Numbered from the stretch's first letter, positions 1 through 7,268 are shown. The stretch is DNA of 32,000 nucleotides from an archaeon (GCA_035390665.1 DAOOUC010000006.1:17688-49687), one strand, 5' to 3'. Numbers and translations are program-made. Notes: generated by a model not told the origin, from the letters alone.

Positions 1-1
1 T

Positions 2-613
2 ACAGGCACAATAACAGTAACTTCACCATCTAGTCAAACTGGCGGATTAGTAGGATATGCCGATGGTAATATCTCTAATTGTTATTCTACAGCAAATGTA
101 ATAGGGCAGGATTATGTCGGAGGATTAGTGGGTTACTATTATTTTAATACCATTTCGTCTAGTTATGCTACCGGAGATGTTAATGGAAAAAAATATGTAG
201 GTGGGTTTGCGGGCTATAATGATGGTTCAGATTCTGCTGCTGGTACTTTAAATATTTCTAATAGTTATTCTCTTGGAGATGTAACTAGAATTTCTGGTTT
301 AGATCAAAATATTGGAGGGTTTGTAGGATTTAATAAAAAAGGAGCAATTATAAATTCTTATTCTACGGGTTCAGTTTCAGGGAACAGTTGGACGCCAACA
401 GATAAAGGCTTTGTCGGGGCAATAACTACTGGTGGCAATTATGCAGACACAAATAATTTTTATGATACTACAATATCTTTACAAACTTCCACAGCAGGTA
501 ATGCTGTTGCAAAGACTACAGCACAAATGAAAACTCAAAGTACTTTCTCTGGATGGGATTTTTCAACAGTTTGGAATATTACAGAAGGAGTTACTTATCC
601 TTTCTTAAGATAA
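2..613 (+). CDS. GLUG-motif repeat surface protein, C-terminal fragment (5' end lies upstream of the window)
   Basis: The frame of ORF 128..613 stays open back to nt 2 (TGTITVTSPSSQTGGLVGYADGNISNCYSTANVIGQDYVGGLVGYYY...). It carries periodic repeats GG[LF][VA]G[YF]...I.N[SC]YS.G.V typical of the GLUG motif family. The C-terminus TAQMKTQSTFSGWDFSTVWNITEGVTYPFLR is typical of such adhesin-like proteins. Confidence 0.7.
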   Translation, partial: TGTITVTSPSSQTGGLVGYADGNISNCYSTANVIGQDYVGGLVGYYYFNTISSSYATGDVNGKKYVGGFAGYNDGSDSAAGTLNISNSYSLGDVTRISGLDQNIGGFVGFNKKGAIINSYSTGSVSGNSWTPTDKGFVGAITTGGNYADTNNFYDTTISLQTSTAGNAVAKTTAQMKTQSTFSGWDFSTVWNITEGVTYPFLR

Positions 614-647
614 TTAAAATAAACATTATTTATTGGACAAATATCAA

Positions 648-666
648 TTTATAATAATTTCTTTAA
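648..666 (+). promoter_or_regulatory. Conserved TATA-containing box upstream of tRNA-Ala(CGC)
   Basis: TTTATAATAATTTCTTTAA starts 32 nt upstream of the tRNA 5' end. Near-identical boxes precede the other two tRNA-Ala genes and, more loosely, tRNA-Tyr. The position fits an archaeal TATA box. Confidence 0.4.
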
Positions 667-679
667 CTAATCTATCTAT

Positions 680-751
680 GGGCTTCTAGTTCAATGGTAG
701 AATATCTCCTTCGCATGGAGAAGGTTGCGAGTTCGAGTCTCGCGAAGTCCA
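680..751 (+). tRNA. tRNA-Ala (anticodon CGC)
   Basis: Hand-folded cloverleaf: acceptor GGGCTTC/GAAGTCC with the G3:U70 alanine identity pair, D arm GTTC-AATGGTA-GAAT, anticodon arm TCTCC-TTCGCAT-GGAGA (CGC at 712-714), T arm GCGAG-TTCGAGT-CTCGC, discriminator A. No encoded CCA. Confidence 0.9.
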
Positions 752-885
752 TGAGAGCCGGTTTCGGTCGTGCTAAACAAATCGCATCTGTGATTTCTTG
801 GCATCCAGAAAACTTATAGTTTTCTTGAGCTCGCGCCCAATGGTGTCGGTTCGTGCGCAATGGATTTCGCGGTTATCCGCAATGA
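752..885 (+). ncRNA. Unassigned GC-rich segment, candidate structured RNA co-transcribed with tRNA-Ala(CGC)
   Basis: About 48% G+C by hand count over 134 nt, in a genome where only RNA genes reach this level. It abuts the tRNA 3' end with no AT-rich promoter in between. It contains a perfect 8-bp hairpin AGAAAACT-TAT-AGTTTTCT (807-825), GC hairpins (GCGG-TTAT-CCGC, 869-880) and a direct repeat CAATGG. The only ORF here (672..860, minus) overlaps the tRNA and is spurious. No family assigned. Confidence 0.25.
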
Positions 886-889
886 TTAA

Positions 890-906
890 TTTATATTTAT
901 TTCTCT
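890..906 (+). promoter_or_regulatory. Conserved TATA-containing box upstream of tRNA-Ala(AGC)
   Basis: TTTATATTTATTTCTCT starts 33 nt upstream of the tRNA 5' end. Same box as at 648 and 1014. Confidence 0.4.
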
Positions 907-922
907 GGTTAATTATATTAAA

Positions 923-994
923 GGGCTTCTGGCTCAACGGTAGAGCACTTCCCTAGCACGGAAGGGGTTGCGAGTTCGAATCTCGCGGAGTCCA
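923..994 (+). tRNA. tRNA-Ala (anticodon AGC, i.e. A34)
   Basis: Acceptor GGGCTTC/GGAGTCC with G3:U70, D arm GCTC-AACGGTA-GAGC, anticodon arm CTTCC-CTAGCAC-GGAAG (AGC at 955-957), T arm GCGAG-TTCGAAT-CTCGC, discriminator A. Confidence 0.85.
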
Positions 995-1013
995 CTTTTA
1001 AAAAAAAGATTCA

Positions 1014-1032
1014 TTTATATTTATTTCTTTAA
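1014..1032 (+). promoter_or_regulatory. Conserved TATA-containing box upstream of tRNA-Ala(UGC)
   Basis: TTTATATTTATTTCTTTAA. Here it starts 65 nt upstream of the tRNA, so the leader is about 33 nt longer than for the other two copies. Confidence 0.35.
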
Positions 1033-1078
1033 TTATATATATTAGTAATCAAGCAATTTTTGTTTTAAATTCTTAGAT

Positions 1079-1150
1079 GGGCTCCTGGCTCAATGGTAGA
1101 GTACTTCCCTTGCACGGAAGGGGTTGCGAGTTCGAGTCTCGCGGAGTCCA
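1079..1150 (+). tRNA. tRNA-Ala (anticodon UGC)
   Basis: Acceptor GGGCTCC/GGAGTCC with G3:U70, anticodon arm CTTCC-CTTGCAC-GGAAG (TGC at 1111-1113), T arm GCGAG-TTCGAGT-CTCGC, discriminator A. Confidence 0.9.
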
Positions 1151-1151
1151 T

Positions 1152-1175
1152 GCGTTTTTCTTTCAAGAAACACGC
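1152..1175 (+). terminator. GC-clamped hairpin with a T5 tract just 3' of the tRNA-Ala cluster
   Basis: GCGTTTTTC-TTTCAA-GAAACACGC: a 9-bp stem with one mismatch, whose 5' arm contains TTTTT. This is a possible terminator or processing signal for the tRNA transcript. Confidence 0.3.
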
Positions 1176-1258
1176 GGAAAAGAAACTACTTATTTTGCTA
1201 TTCTATTTTTTAGATAACTTTATAAATTATATATTTCTATATTATATTGTGATAATTT

Positions 1259-1483
1259 ATGCCTGTAATTAAACCAAAGCAAGTAAAAAGGCCAGCAAAA
1301 AGAATTGCTCCTAAAACTTTAGAAAATATGAGAAAAAAAACTGCAATTATGACAGATTTAAAAAAGTTAGTAGATAATTTAGGGAAACCAAATCCGGAAT
1401 TACAAAAAAGATTGGACGAAAATGCAATAAGAAATAATAGAGTTCCAAGAAACGGACTAAAATTAAGACAATCTAAGAAGTGA
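1259..1483 (+). CDS. Small basic hypothetical protein (74 aa)
   Basis: An ATG-initiated ORF, Lys/Arg-rich, lying 6 nt upstream of the next gene. No recognisable motif. Confidence 0.5.
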   Translation: MPVIKPKQVKRPAKRIAPKTLENMRKKTAIMTDLKKLVDNLGKPNPELQKRLDENAIRNNRVPRNGLKLRQSKK

Positions 1484-1489
1484 AAAGAT

Positions 1490-2224
1490 ATGATAGATTT
1501 TAAAAAAGCATTAACTAGTTTTTATTCTGGTATTAAATGGTATTATATTGTTTTTATATTGGCAATTGCTTGCCTTTCTTTGATTAATGATACAATGGCT
1601 ATTGTTTCTTTAATGCTAACATTGATATTTGGAATATCTATTTTTGGTTTAAAACTTACAGATAAATTAAAAACACCAAAAAAAACAGTTGTCCCAATCT
1701 TAAAAAATTCAGGAATGTTATTATTAATATCAATAATCTTCTTGATTGCTCAATATGTATTAATGATAATCGGAATGATTCCATTCTTACTAATTGCTAA
1801 AGATCCAAGTATGTTAGTTAACCCTTCTGATTTTGAAGTATTATTATATTCTACACCTGGTTGGCAATTAATTATTGCAGCAATTGTTTTATTGATATTT
1901 GTAATGGGTGCAATAATCTTAGAACTATTTAAAATATTCGGAATGACAAGATATTTTAAAACAGAAAAATTTGTAGAAATATTTGATATTAAAGATAATT
2001 TAAAACAAATATTTACTAAAGACTACTTAACAATAATTATATTTTTATTTGGAATAATATTTATAAGCATAATAAAAATATCAATTATTTTCTTTTTACT
2101 TACATTAATCCTTAATGAAACAATTTCAGGATTAATTACAAGTGCATTTTTGATAATTATTGCTTTAATTGTTATAATAATACACTATTCTTTAGTTTAT
2201 GATAAGCTTTATAATAAAAAGTAA
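1490..2224 (+). CDS. Polytopic membrane protein, unknown function
   Basis: 244 aa with about 6 long hydrophobic segments. Tightly follows 1259..1483. Confidence 0.6.
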   Translation: MIDFKKALTSFYSGIKWYYIVFILAIACLSLINDTMAIVSLMLTLIFGISIFGLKLTDKLKTPKKTVVPILKNSGMLLLISIIFLIAQYVLMIIGMIPFLLIAKDPSMLVNPSDFEVLLYSTPGWQLIIAAIVLLIFVMGAIILELFKIFGMTRYFKTEKFVEIFDIKDNLKQIFTKDYLTIIIFLFGIIFISIIKISIIFFLLTLILNETISGLITSAFLIIIALIVIIIHYSLVYDKLYNKK

Positions 2225-2259
2225 AGCTTTTTATTCTCTTTTTCTCTTTATTTATATAT

Positions 2260-2503
2260 AGTAGCTGGTGTTTTGGTTGTTTTGGGTTTCTAATCCAAAA
2301 AGGAAAGTCCACTCACTAGGTTAAAATTGTTTTTTGAGTAGAAAGGAACACGGCTTCTTGTCATTCAACAGATGATGTGTTAAACTGATGGACAAGAAGA
2401 GAGGCTGAAAAATTGCAAAAGACAATTCTAGTGCAAGGAAGTCAAACTTCTGCTTAGACAAATAAACCAAATTAGTACAGAAAGTGGCTTATAGCCAGTT
2501 ACT
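2260..2503 (+). ncRNA. rnpB: RNase P RNA (compact, about 244 nt)
   Basis: Universal CR-I GGAAAGTCC at 2302-2310. CR-IV/V ACAGAAAGTGGCTTAT at 2477-2492. P1 pairing AGTAGCTGG (2260-2268) with CCAGTTACT (2495-2503). P2 TTTGGTT with AACCAAA. P3 hairpin TTTTGG-gtttctaat-CCAAAA. The region is otherwise ORF-free. Confidence 0.85.
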
Positions 2504-3122
2504 ATATTTTTTCTAATCTTTTTATAGATCTTTTTAAATTAATTCTGGCTTTTTTTTCATATTTTTTTCTATAGAAATCAGTATTATAAATATTTGATTT
2601 TTGTAAAAAGTAAAGTAATACTTTTATTCTTCCATCTTTGTATTTTTCTAACGGAACCCAATAATATTCTTTTCTAATATTATTTTCATATTTATCAAAT
2701 TCTTTTTTGGATTGCCCAAAAATACACAAGTCAATATCTTGTAATAATCTTTCTTCCTTTTTTCTAGATGTTTTCTGATGTTTTGTAGAAAGTATTAATG
2801 ATGTCGTTTTATTTATTAATTTATTAGATAATTTTGCTTTTTTTAAAACTTTTACAAGATATTTTGCAGACATTTCTTCGTTATCATTATCTTTTGTATC
2901 GTAGATTATATCGTGATACCAAATAGCAAGTTCAATTAAATCAAAATCATATTTGTCTTTAGTTTTTTTAAAATTATCTAATTCTTTTAAACACATTTTT
3001 ATATGTGATAAGTTATGATAATATCTTTTTTTGGAATAAAGTGTATTTAAATTATTAAATTCAATAATTGGATCACTTTTCGCATTAATTTGCTTCCATA
3101 ACTTAATAAATTTTGATTTCAT
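2502..3122 (-). CDS. HD-domain metal-dependent phosphohydrolase (COG4339-like)
   Basis: YHNLSHI ... LAIWYHDIIYD gives the His...His-Asp signature in an all-helical 206-aa protein. Its start overlaps the stop of the upstream gene by 4 nt (3119-3122). Confidence 0.6.
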   Translation of the reverse strand: MKSKFIKLWKQINAKSDPIIEFNNLNTLYSKKRYYHNLSHIKMCLKELDNFKKTKDKYDFDLIELAIWYHDIIYDTKDNDNEEMSAKYLVKVLKKAKLSNKLINKTTSLILSTKHQKTSRKKEERLLQDIDLCIFGQSKKEFDKYENNIRKEYYWVPLEKYKDGRIKVLLYFLQKSNIYNTDFYRKKYEKKARINLKRSIKRLEKI

Positions 3123-4258
3123 TTTAGATTTAATTCTTTTATTATATTGTCGATTATTTTATTTAGAACTTCTTTATTTTTATTAAATTCTTCAGAATTA
3201 TCAAAAATCCACAATTTTCCGTAATTATTTTTTACTATTATTTCTTCTAAATTATTTTTCTTTTGTATATAGTCAAATTGGCTATTTAATCTTCTATCTA
3301 TCTGTTCACTAGTTAGTTTTCTAGAGAATAGTCTTTGTTTTTGAATATCTTTATCTACTTTAACAACTAATACATTATTATTACAAAGATATGTAAGATT
3401 AGATTCTGCAATTAATGCAGCATTAATTATTATGAGTCCTTTTTTACCATATATTTCTTTTCTTAATCTTACTAATATTGGAGTATACATTATTTCATTT
3501 AATTGCTTTAATTTTTCATTATTATTAAATACAATTTCTCCAAGAATTTTGCGATCTATTGTTCCATCAGATTTCTTTATATTTTCTCCAAAAGTTTTAA
3601 TTAATTGATTTCTGATTTTCTCATATTTTTCATCTTTTAATTCAGAGAGAATCTTGTGCCCCAAATGATCTAATTCAATATTGTGTGCCTCTATTCCTTT
3701 TTCTTTACATAGTTCTAAAATTTGTTCACAAACAAAAGATTTCCCACTTCCAATTTCTCCAGTTACTCCTATAATAAACTGATTAGATAATTTTCTTTCA
3801 ATCTCTTGCTTAACATTTAAAGGTACATATTCATGTACAAATCCTTGTTCTTTCTGAATTCCTTTTACTACACTTGAACTTACATGAGCAAGTTCTGGTC
3901 TTGCAAAAAGAATAAAAGTATCAATACCTAATTTTTGACTATCTCCTACTTGATGTAAAATATTTTCATAATCAAAATCAGCAGAATTTCTTACACCTTT
4001 AACTATAACATCTATGTCATTTTCGTAAGCATAATCCACTAAAAGTCCAGAAAAAGAGACTACTTTTACATTATTTAAATCAATTAAGGATTTTTTAGCA
4101 AGAGATAGTCTTTCTTCTAGAGTAAACAAATAATTCTTACTGGGATTTACTCCAATTCCAACAACGACTTTATCAAAAACTTTAGAAGCTCTCTTAATTA
4201 TGTCAATATGTCCAAAAGTAATTGGATCTCCAGAAAATGCATACATTGCTGTTGTCAT
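3119..4258 (-). CDS. coaD/coaE: Bifunctional phosphopantetheine adenylyltransferase / dephospho-CoA kinase (bacterial-type CoaD fused to CoaE)
   Basis: The N-terminal ~160 aa align by eye along their length with E. coli CoaD (AFSGDPITFGHIDIIKRA, VGIGVNPSK..LFTLEERL, VKGVRNSADFDYE, ISSSVVK). The C-terminal ~215 aa carry the CoaE P-loop IGVTGEIGSGKSF followed by ...IELDHLGH. Confidence 0.85.
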   Translation of the reverse strand: MTTAMYAFSGDPITFGHIDIIKRASKVFDKVVVGIGVNPSKNYLFTLEERLSLAKKSLIDLNNVKVVSFSGLLVDYAYENDIDVIVKGVRNSADFDYENILHQVGDSQKLGIDTFILFARPELAHVSSSVVKGIQKEQGFVHEYVPLNVKQEIERKLSNQFIIGVTGEIGSGKSFVCEQILELCKEKGIEAHNIELDHLGHKILSELKDEKYEKIRNQLIKTFGENIKKSDGTIDRKILGEIVFNNNEKLKQLNEIMYTPILVRLRKEIYGKKGLIIINAALIAESNLTYLCNNNVLVVKVDKDIQKQRLFSRKLTSEQIDRRLNSQFDYIQKKNNLEEIIVKNNYGKLWIFDNSEEFNKNKEVLNKIIDNIIKELNLK

Positions 4259-4314
4259 AAATATCTTATCTTATTATACATTTTATATTTGTTTTGATTG
4301 TTAATTTTTATATT

Positions 4315-5127
4315 ATGCCACTAAGAAATATTACTTTAGGCTCAAGATTAAGATCCAAAGTAAGAACAATTAGAAAGATAACAACAAAAGATAATGGAAA
4401 AGTAGCAATAACTGTTGATCCAAAAACAAAAACACGATTTTATACTAAAGTTGAAAAAAACCAATTTAATCTTCCTTCAAGAATCACACACATGACCCCT
4501 GAAGCCCATAGAATATTAAAAGAAAATCCAGAATTACCTAATTTTCTAAAACAAGAGCTTTCTCAAAAAGGTAAAAGAATAGATGCAAGATTAGAAACAA
4601 GAAATGGAATATTTATCTTAAGAGATTTTGAAAATAATGGTTTAACAAATAATGGAACATTTAGTTTATGGTATATGGATAAAAAAACAACCACAAATAA
4701 AACTTATTTTATAAAAAGATATCCGAATCTTACAAGTTGGGGTAATGCAGAAGCTGAATTTCTCGCGGTTAAAGAAATGGAAAGATTAGGATTTAATATA
4801 ATTAAACCACAATTTGCAATTACCGATATAGCAAAAACACCTAATATTATTATTTATGATTATACTAATCTATTATCTTATCCTCAAGCAGTAATAAAAA
4901 GAAAAATAAGTGGTAGTGAAATACTTAAAATAGAAGAAACTTTTACTAAATTAGTAAAATCTCCTGCATTAAAAAATCTAAATGATTTTCACACATTTAC
5001 ATATAGGGTTTCTCCTAATAAGAACGTCTTTATTAAAAGATTATCTAATGGTAAATTAAAACTATATTTTACTGATATCTATTGGGAAGAAGAAGCATAT
5101 AAAAGAAAGAGAGAAGAATATCTATGA
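4315..5127 (+). CDS. Hypothetical protein, possible atypical kinase-like fold
   Basis: ATG at 4315 (the ORF track extends to TTG 4294). YFIKRYP...AEAEFLAVKEMERLGF...IIIYDY loosely resembles the N-lobe Lys, alphaC Glu and hinge of RIO/Kdo-type kinases. The catalytic loop is not clear. The stop overlaps the tdk start (ATGA). Confidence 0.55.
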   Translation: MPLRNITLGSRLRSKVRTIRKITTKDNGKVAITVDPKTKTRFYTKVEKNQFNLPSRITHMTPEAHRILKENPELPNFLKQELSQKGKRIDARLETRNGIFILRDFENNGLTNNGTFSLWYMDKKTTTNKTYFIKRYPNLTSWGNAEAEFLAVKEMERLGFNIIKPQFAITDIAKTPNIIIYDYTNLLSYPQAVIKRKISGSEILKIEETFTKLVKSPALKNLNDFHTFTYRVSPNKNVFIKRLSNGKLKLYFTDIYWEEEAYKRKREEYL

Positions 5128-5693
5128 GTGGAATATTAACTACAATTGTTGGGCCAATGTTTTCTGGTAAAACAACAGAACTTTTGCGTTTGATGGATAG
5201 AGAATTGATTGCTAAAAGAAGTTCAATTCTATTTAAACCAAATATAGATAATAGATACTCAAAAGAAGAGGTTGTTAACCATAACGGTATTGGAAGAAAA
5301 GCACTAATTGCTTGCTGTTCTAAAGATATTTTAAATAAAGTTTTAGAATTAGAAAAAACCGAAAATATAGAAAACATATTTATTGATGAAGTTCAATTTT
5401 TTGATTCAGGAATAACTGATGTTATTAAAAAAATTAATGATTTAGGAATAGACATATATACTTGTGGACTTAATCAAACCTTTAAAGGAGAACCATTCCC
5501 GTTTAAGGATGGAGAAAAAGACATAGGTTATCTTATGGCTATAAGTGATTATGTTATATCTATTGATGCTGTTTGTAATGAATGTGGAAACAAAGCCACA
5601 AAGACATATAGGAAAGGAAAGGAAGAAGAAACAGTAATTGTTGGTGGGCAAGACTTGTATCAAGCAAGATGTAAAAATTGTTGGAATAAATAA
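5124..5693 (+). CDS. tdk: Thymidine kinase (TK1 family)
   Basis: P-loop GPMFSGKTTELLR, the DEVQFF motif, and a C-terminal zinc-binding pair CNECG...ARCKNCW. Confidence 0.9.
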   Translation: MSGILTTIVGPMFSGKTTELLRLMDRELIAKRSSILFKPNIDNRYSKEEVVNHNGIGRKALIACCSKDILNKVLELEKTENIENIFIDEVQFFDSGITDVIKKINDLGIDIYTCGLNQTFKGEPFPFKDGEKDIGYLMAISDYVISIDAVCNECGNKATKTYRKGKEEETVIVGGQDLYQARCKNCWNK

Positions 5694-5751
5694 TTATATT
5701 TATAAATTATTGGGACTTATAAATTTAAAACAAAAAGGAGAAAGATAAAAT

Positions 5752-6180
5752 ATGGCAGAAGAATCAATTCAATTTATAGCAAATTTTGATAAATTTGTTT
5801 CTATTAAGAAACTAACAATTGACAAAGAAGTTGGACCAAAAGAAGTTATTGAATTTCTTACAAGTGTTCAGTTTACTACATCTCAAAAAATAAAAGACTA
5901 TATTGGTAAGATAATAGATGTTAAAAGCTTTGATGAAAAAACCAAAAAACTTTATGCACTAAATCTTGGACAATTTATGGAAGAAGTTAATTCAAATGGA
6001 ACAAAGAAAATAATTAAAGAATTTATACCTGCAACAATGGAAAAGAAAGAAGAAAAAGATGCATATATTGAACTTTTAAAAGTTTACTTGATAGAAAAAT
6101 ATGCTGCAGAAAAAAAGATAGTCATCGGGGCACACCATATTGTCTTTCCAGCAAATAAAAAGTTAATGAAGAAGAAATAA
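5752..6180 (+). CDS. Hypothetical protein (142 aa)
   Basis: AGGAG RBS upstream. A soluble Lys/Glu-rich protein with no recognised motif. It lies 1 nt upstream of the next gene. Confidence 0.55.
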   Translation: MAEESIQFIANFDKFVSIKKLTIDKEVGPKEVIEFLTSVQFTTSQKIKDYIGKIIDVKSFDEKTKKLYALNLGQFMEEVNSNGTKKIIKEFIPATMEKKEEKDAYIELLKVYLIEKYAAEKKIVIGAHHIVFPANKKLMKKK

Positions 6181-6181
6181 A

Positions 6182-7063
6182 ATGAATTTTTCAGAAAAAT
6201 TAAAACTAAGATGGGATTTATCTCTTTTCTCTCTTGTTATAACAAATATAATTGTAATTGTTATAGCTATTATTCAGAAATGGGACTTTCCAATATTGTT
6301 TTCAGTATATATAGCACAAACTCAAATAATTGCTTTCTTTTATTTCTTTAAAATAATATTTAAAAAAAACACAATAACTTATGGATTAACAATTAATAAG
6401 AAAACAATTAATCCGACAATTACTAATAAATTAATTTTAGCATTACTTTATTATGGTGGTTTTTATCTGGTTATGAGAATTGTTTATTTTTTTGCTCAGT
6501 TCTTGAGTTTTACAATGCCAGGACTGAACCTTTCTAAAATGGCAACTGCTTTTGTGGGTATTGTTATTTTTTTTATAAATCATCTAATCTCATTTATAGT
6601 TAATTTTAAAATAGATTCAGAAAAAGAAGAAACATTAAAAGAATTAATGATTGCTCCGTATTTAAGAATTATACCAATCATTATAATTAGTTTCTTTGGT
6701 ATTTTACTTAATTTTTTATCAATTATATTTTTAATATTAAAAGCAATTGTTGATATTTATAGTCATAACTATATACATCAAATGAAAGACGACTATTTGA
6801 AATATAAGGTAAAGAATAAAACAAAAGAAAATCCAAAAACAAATTTAATAAAAATTAAATCATCAGTTGCGCCTTTTGTCAAAGGTCTAGTAATCTATTG
6901 GATAGTATCTGTTGCAATTTTTATTGTTTTATTATTTTTAATATTAGGTGCAATAGTAAATTTTTGGTTTTATATAGCCTCAGGATTATCTTTAATTGTT
7001 ACAATATTACTAATTCTTGTTTTCCTTAAACATTTTAAAAGAATCAACGAGTCAGACAAATAA
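6182..7063 (+). CDS. Polytopic membrane protein, unknown function
   Basis: 293 aa with about 8 hydrophobic segments. Probably in an operon with 5752..6180. Confidence 0.6.
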   Translation: MNFSEKLKLRWDLSLFSLVITNIIVIVIAIIQKWDFPILFSVYIAQTQIIAFFYFFKIIFKKNTITYGLTINKKTINPTITNKLILALLYYGGFYLVMRIVYFFAQFLSFTMPGLNLSKMATAFVGIVIFFINHLISFIVNFKIDSEKEETLKELMIAPYLRIIPIIIISFFGILLNFLSIIFLILKAIVDIYSHNYIHQMKDDYLKYKVKNKTKENPKTNLIKIKSSVAPFVKGLVIYWIVSVAIFIVLLFLILGAIVNFWFYIASGLSLIVTILLILVFLKHFKRINESDK

Positions 7064-7082
7064 ATGGAATAAACAGTAGGTA

Positions 7083-7105
7083 TTTATATAATTTTTCTTT
7101 CTTAA
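7083..7105 (+). promoter_or_regulatory. TATA-containing box related to the tRNA-Ala boxes, upstream of tRNA-Tyr
   Basis: TTTATATAATTTTTCTTTCTTAA resembles TTTATATTTATTTCTTTAA and starts 59 nt upstream of tRNA-Tyr. A second TATA-like ATTATTATAT lies about 33 nt upstream. Confidence 0.3.
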
Positions 7106-7141
7106 TTATTATATCAAGCAATTGATTAAAAGGAAAATTAT

Positions 7142-7268
7142 CCCTCCTTAGCATAGCGGTTAGTGCGTCCGGCTGTAGACTAAAAGATTACACTCTTTTT
7201 TTGATTGTGGCAATCCACATCAAAAGGCAGTGACCGGAAGATCCCCAGTCCAAATCTGGGAGGAGGGA
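7142..7268 (+). tRNA. tRNA-Tyr (anticodon GUA) with a 54-nt intron at 37/38 (intron about 7179-7232)
   Basis: Acceptor CCCTCCT/AGGAGGG with the archaeal/eukaryal C1:G72 Tyr identity pair and A73. D arm GCAT-AGCGGTTA-GTGC. Anticodon stem TCCGG/CCGGA with loop CTGTAG|...|A (GTA at 7175-7177). T arm CCCAG-TCCAAAT-CTGGG. The splice sites sit in two 3-nt bulges (AG|A and TG|A) separated by the 4-bp helix CTGT/GCAG, which is a bulge-helix-bulge motif. Confidence 0.9.

Noticed and set aside
672-860. 62-aa minus-strand ORF from the six-frame track
   Set aside because: It runs antisense through tRNA-Ala(CGC) and the GC-rich spacer. It exists only because GC-rich RNA sequence lacks stop codons.
752-885. 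Tried to read the GC-rich spacer as 5S rRNA, SRP RNA, a C/D-box sRNA or a split-tRNA half
   Set aside because: It has no CCGAAC/GGGAGAGUA-type 5S blocks and is too short for SRP RNA. It has no RUGAUGA plus CUGA box pair at the termini, and no acceptor/T-arm complementarity to the neighbouring tRNAs. It is kept only as an unassigned candidate.
5069-5663. Antisense ORFs 5069..5377 and 5442..5663
   Set aside because: They shadow well-supported plus-strand genes (the tdk region). Their composition is low-complexity and hydrophobic, typical of AT-rich antisense frames.
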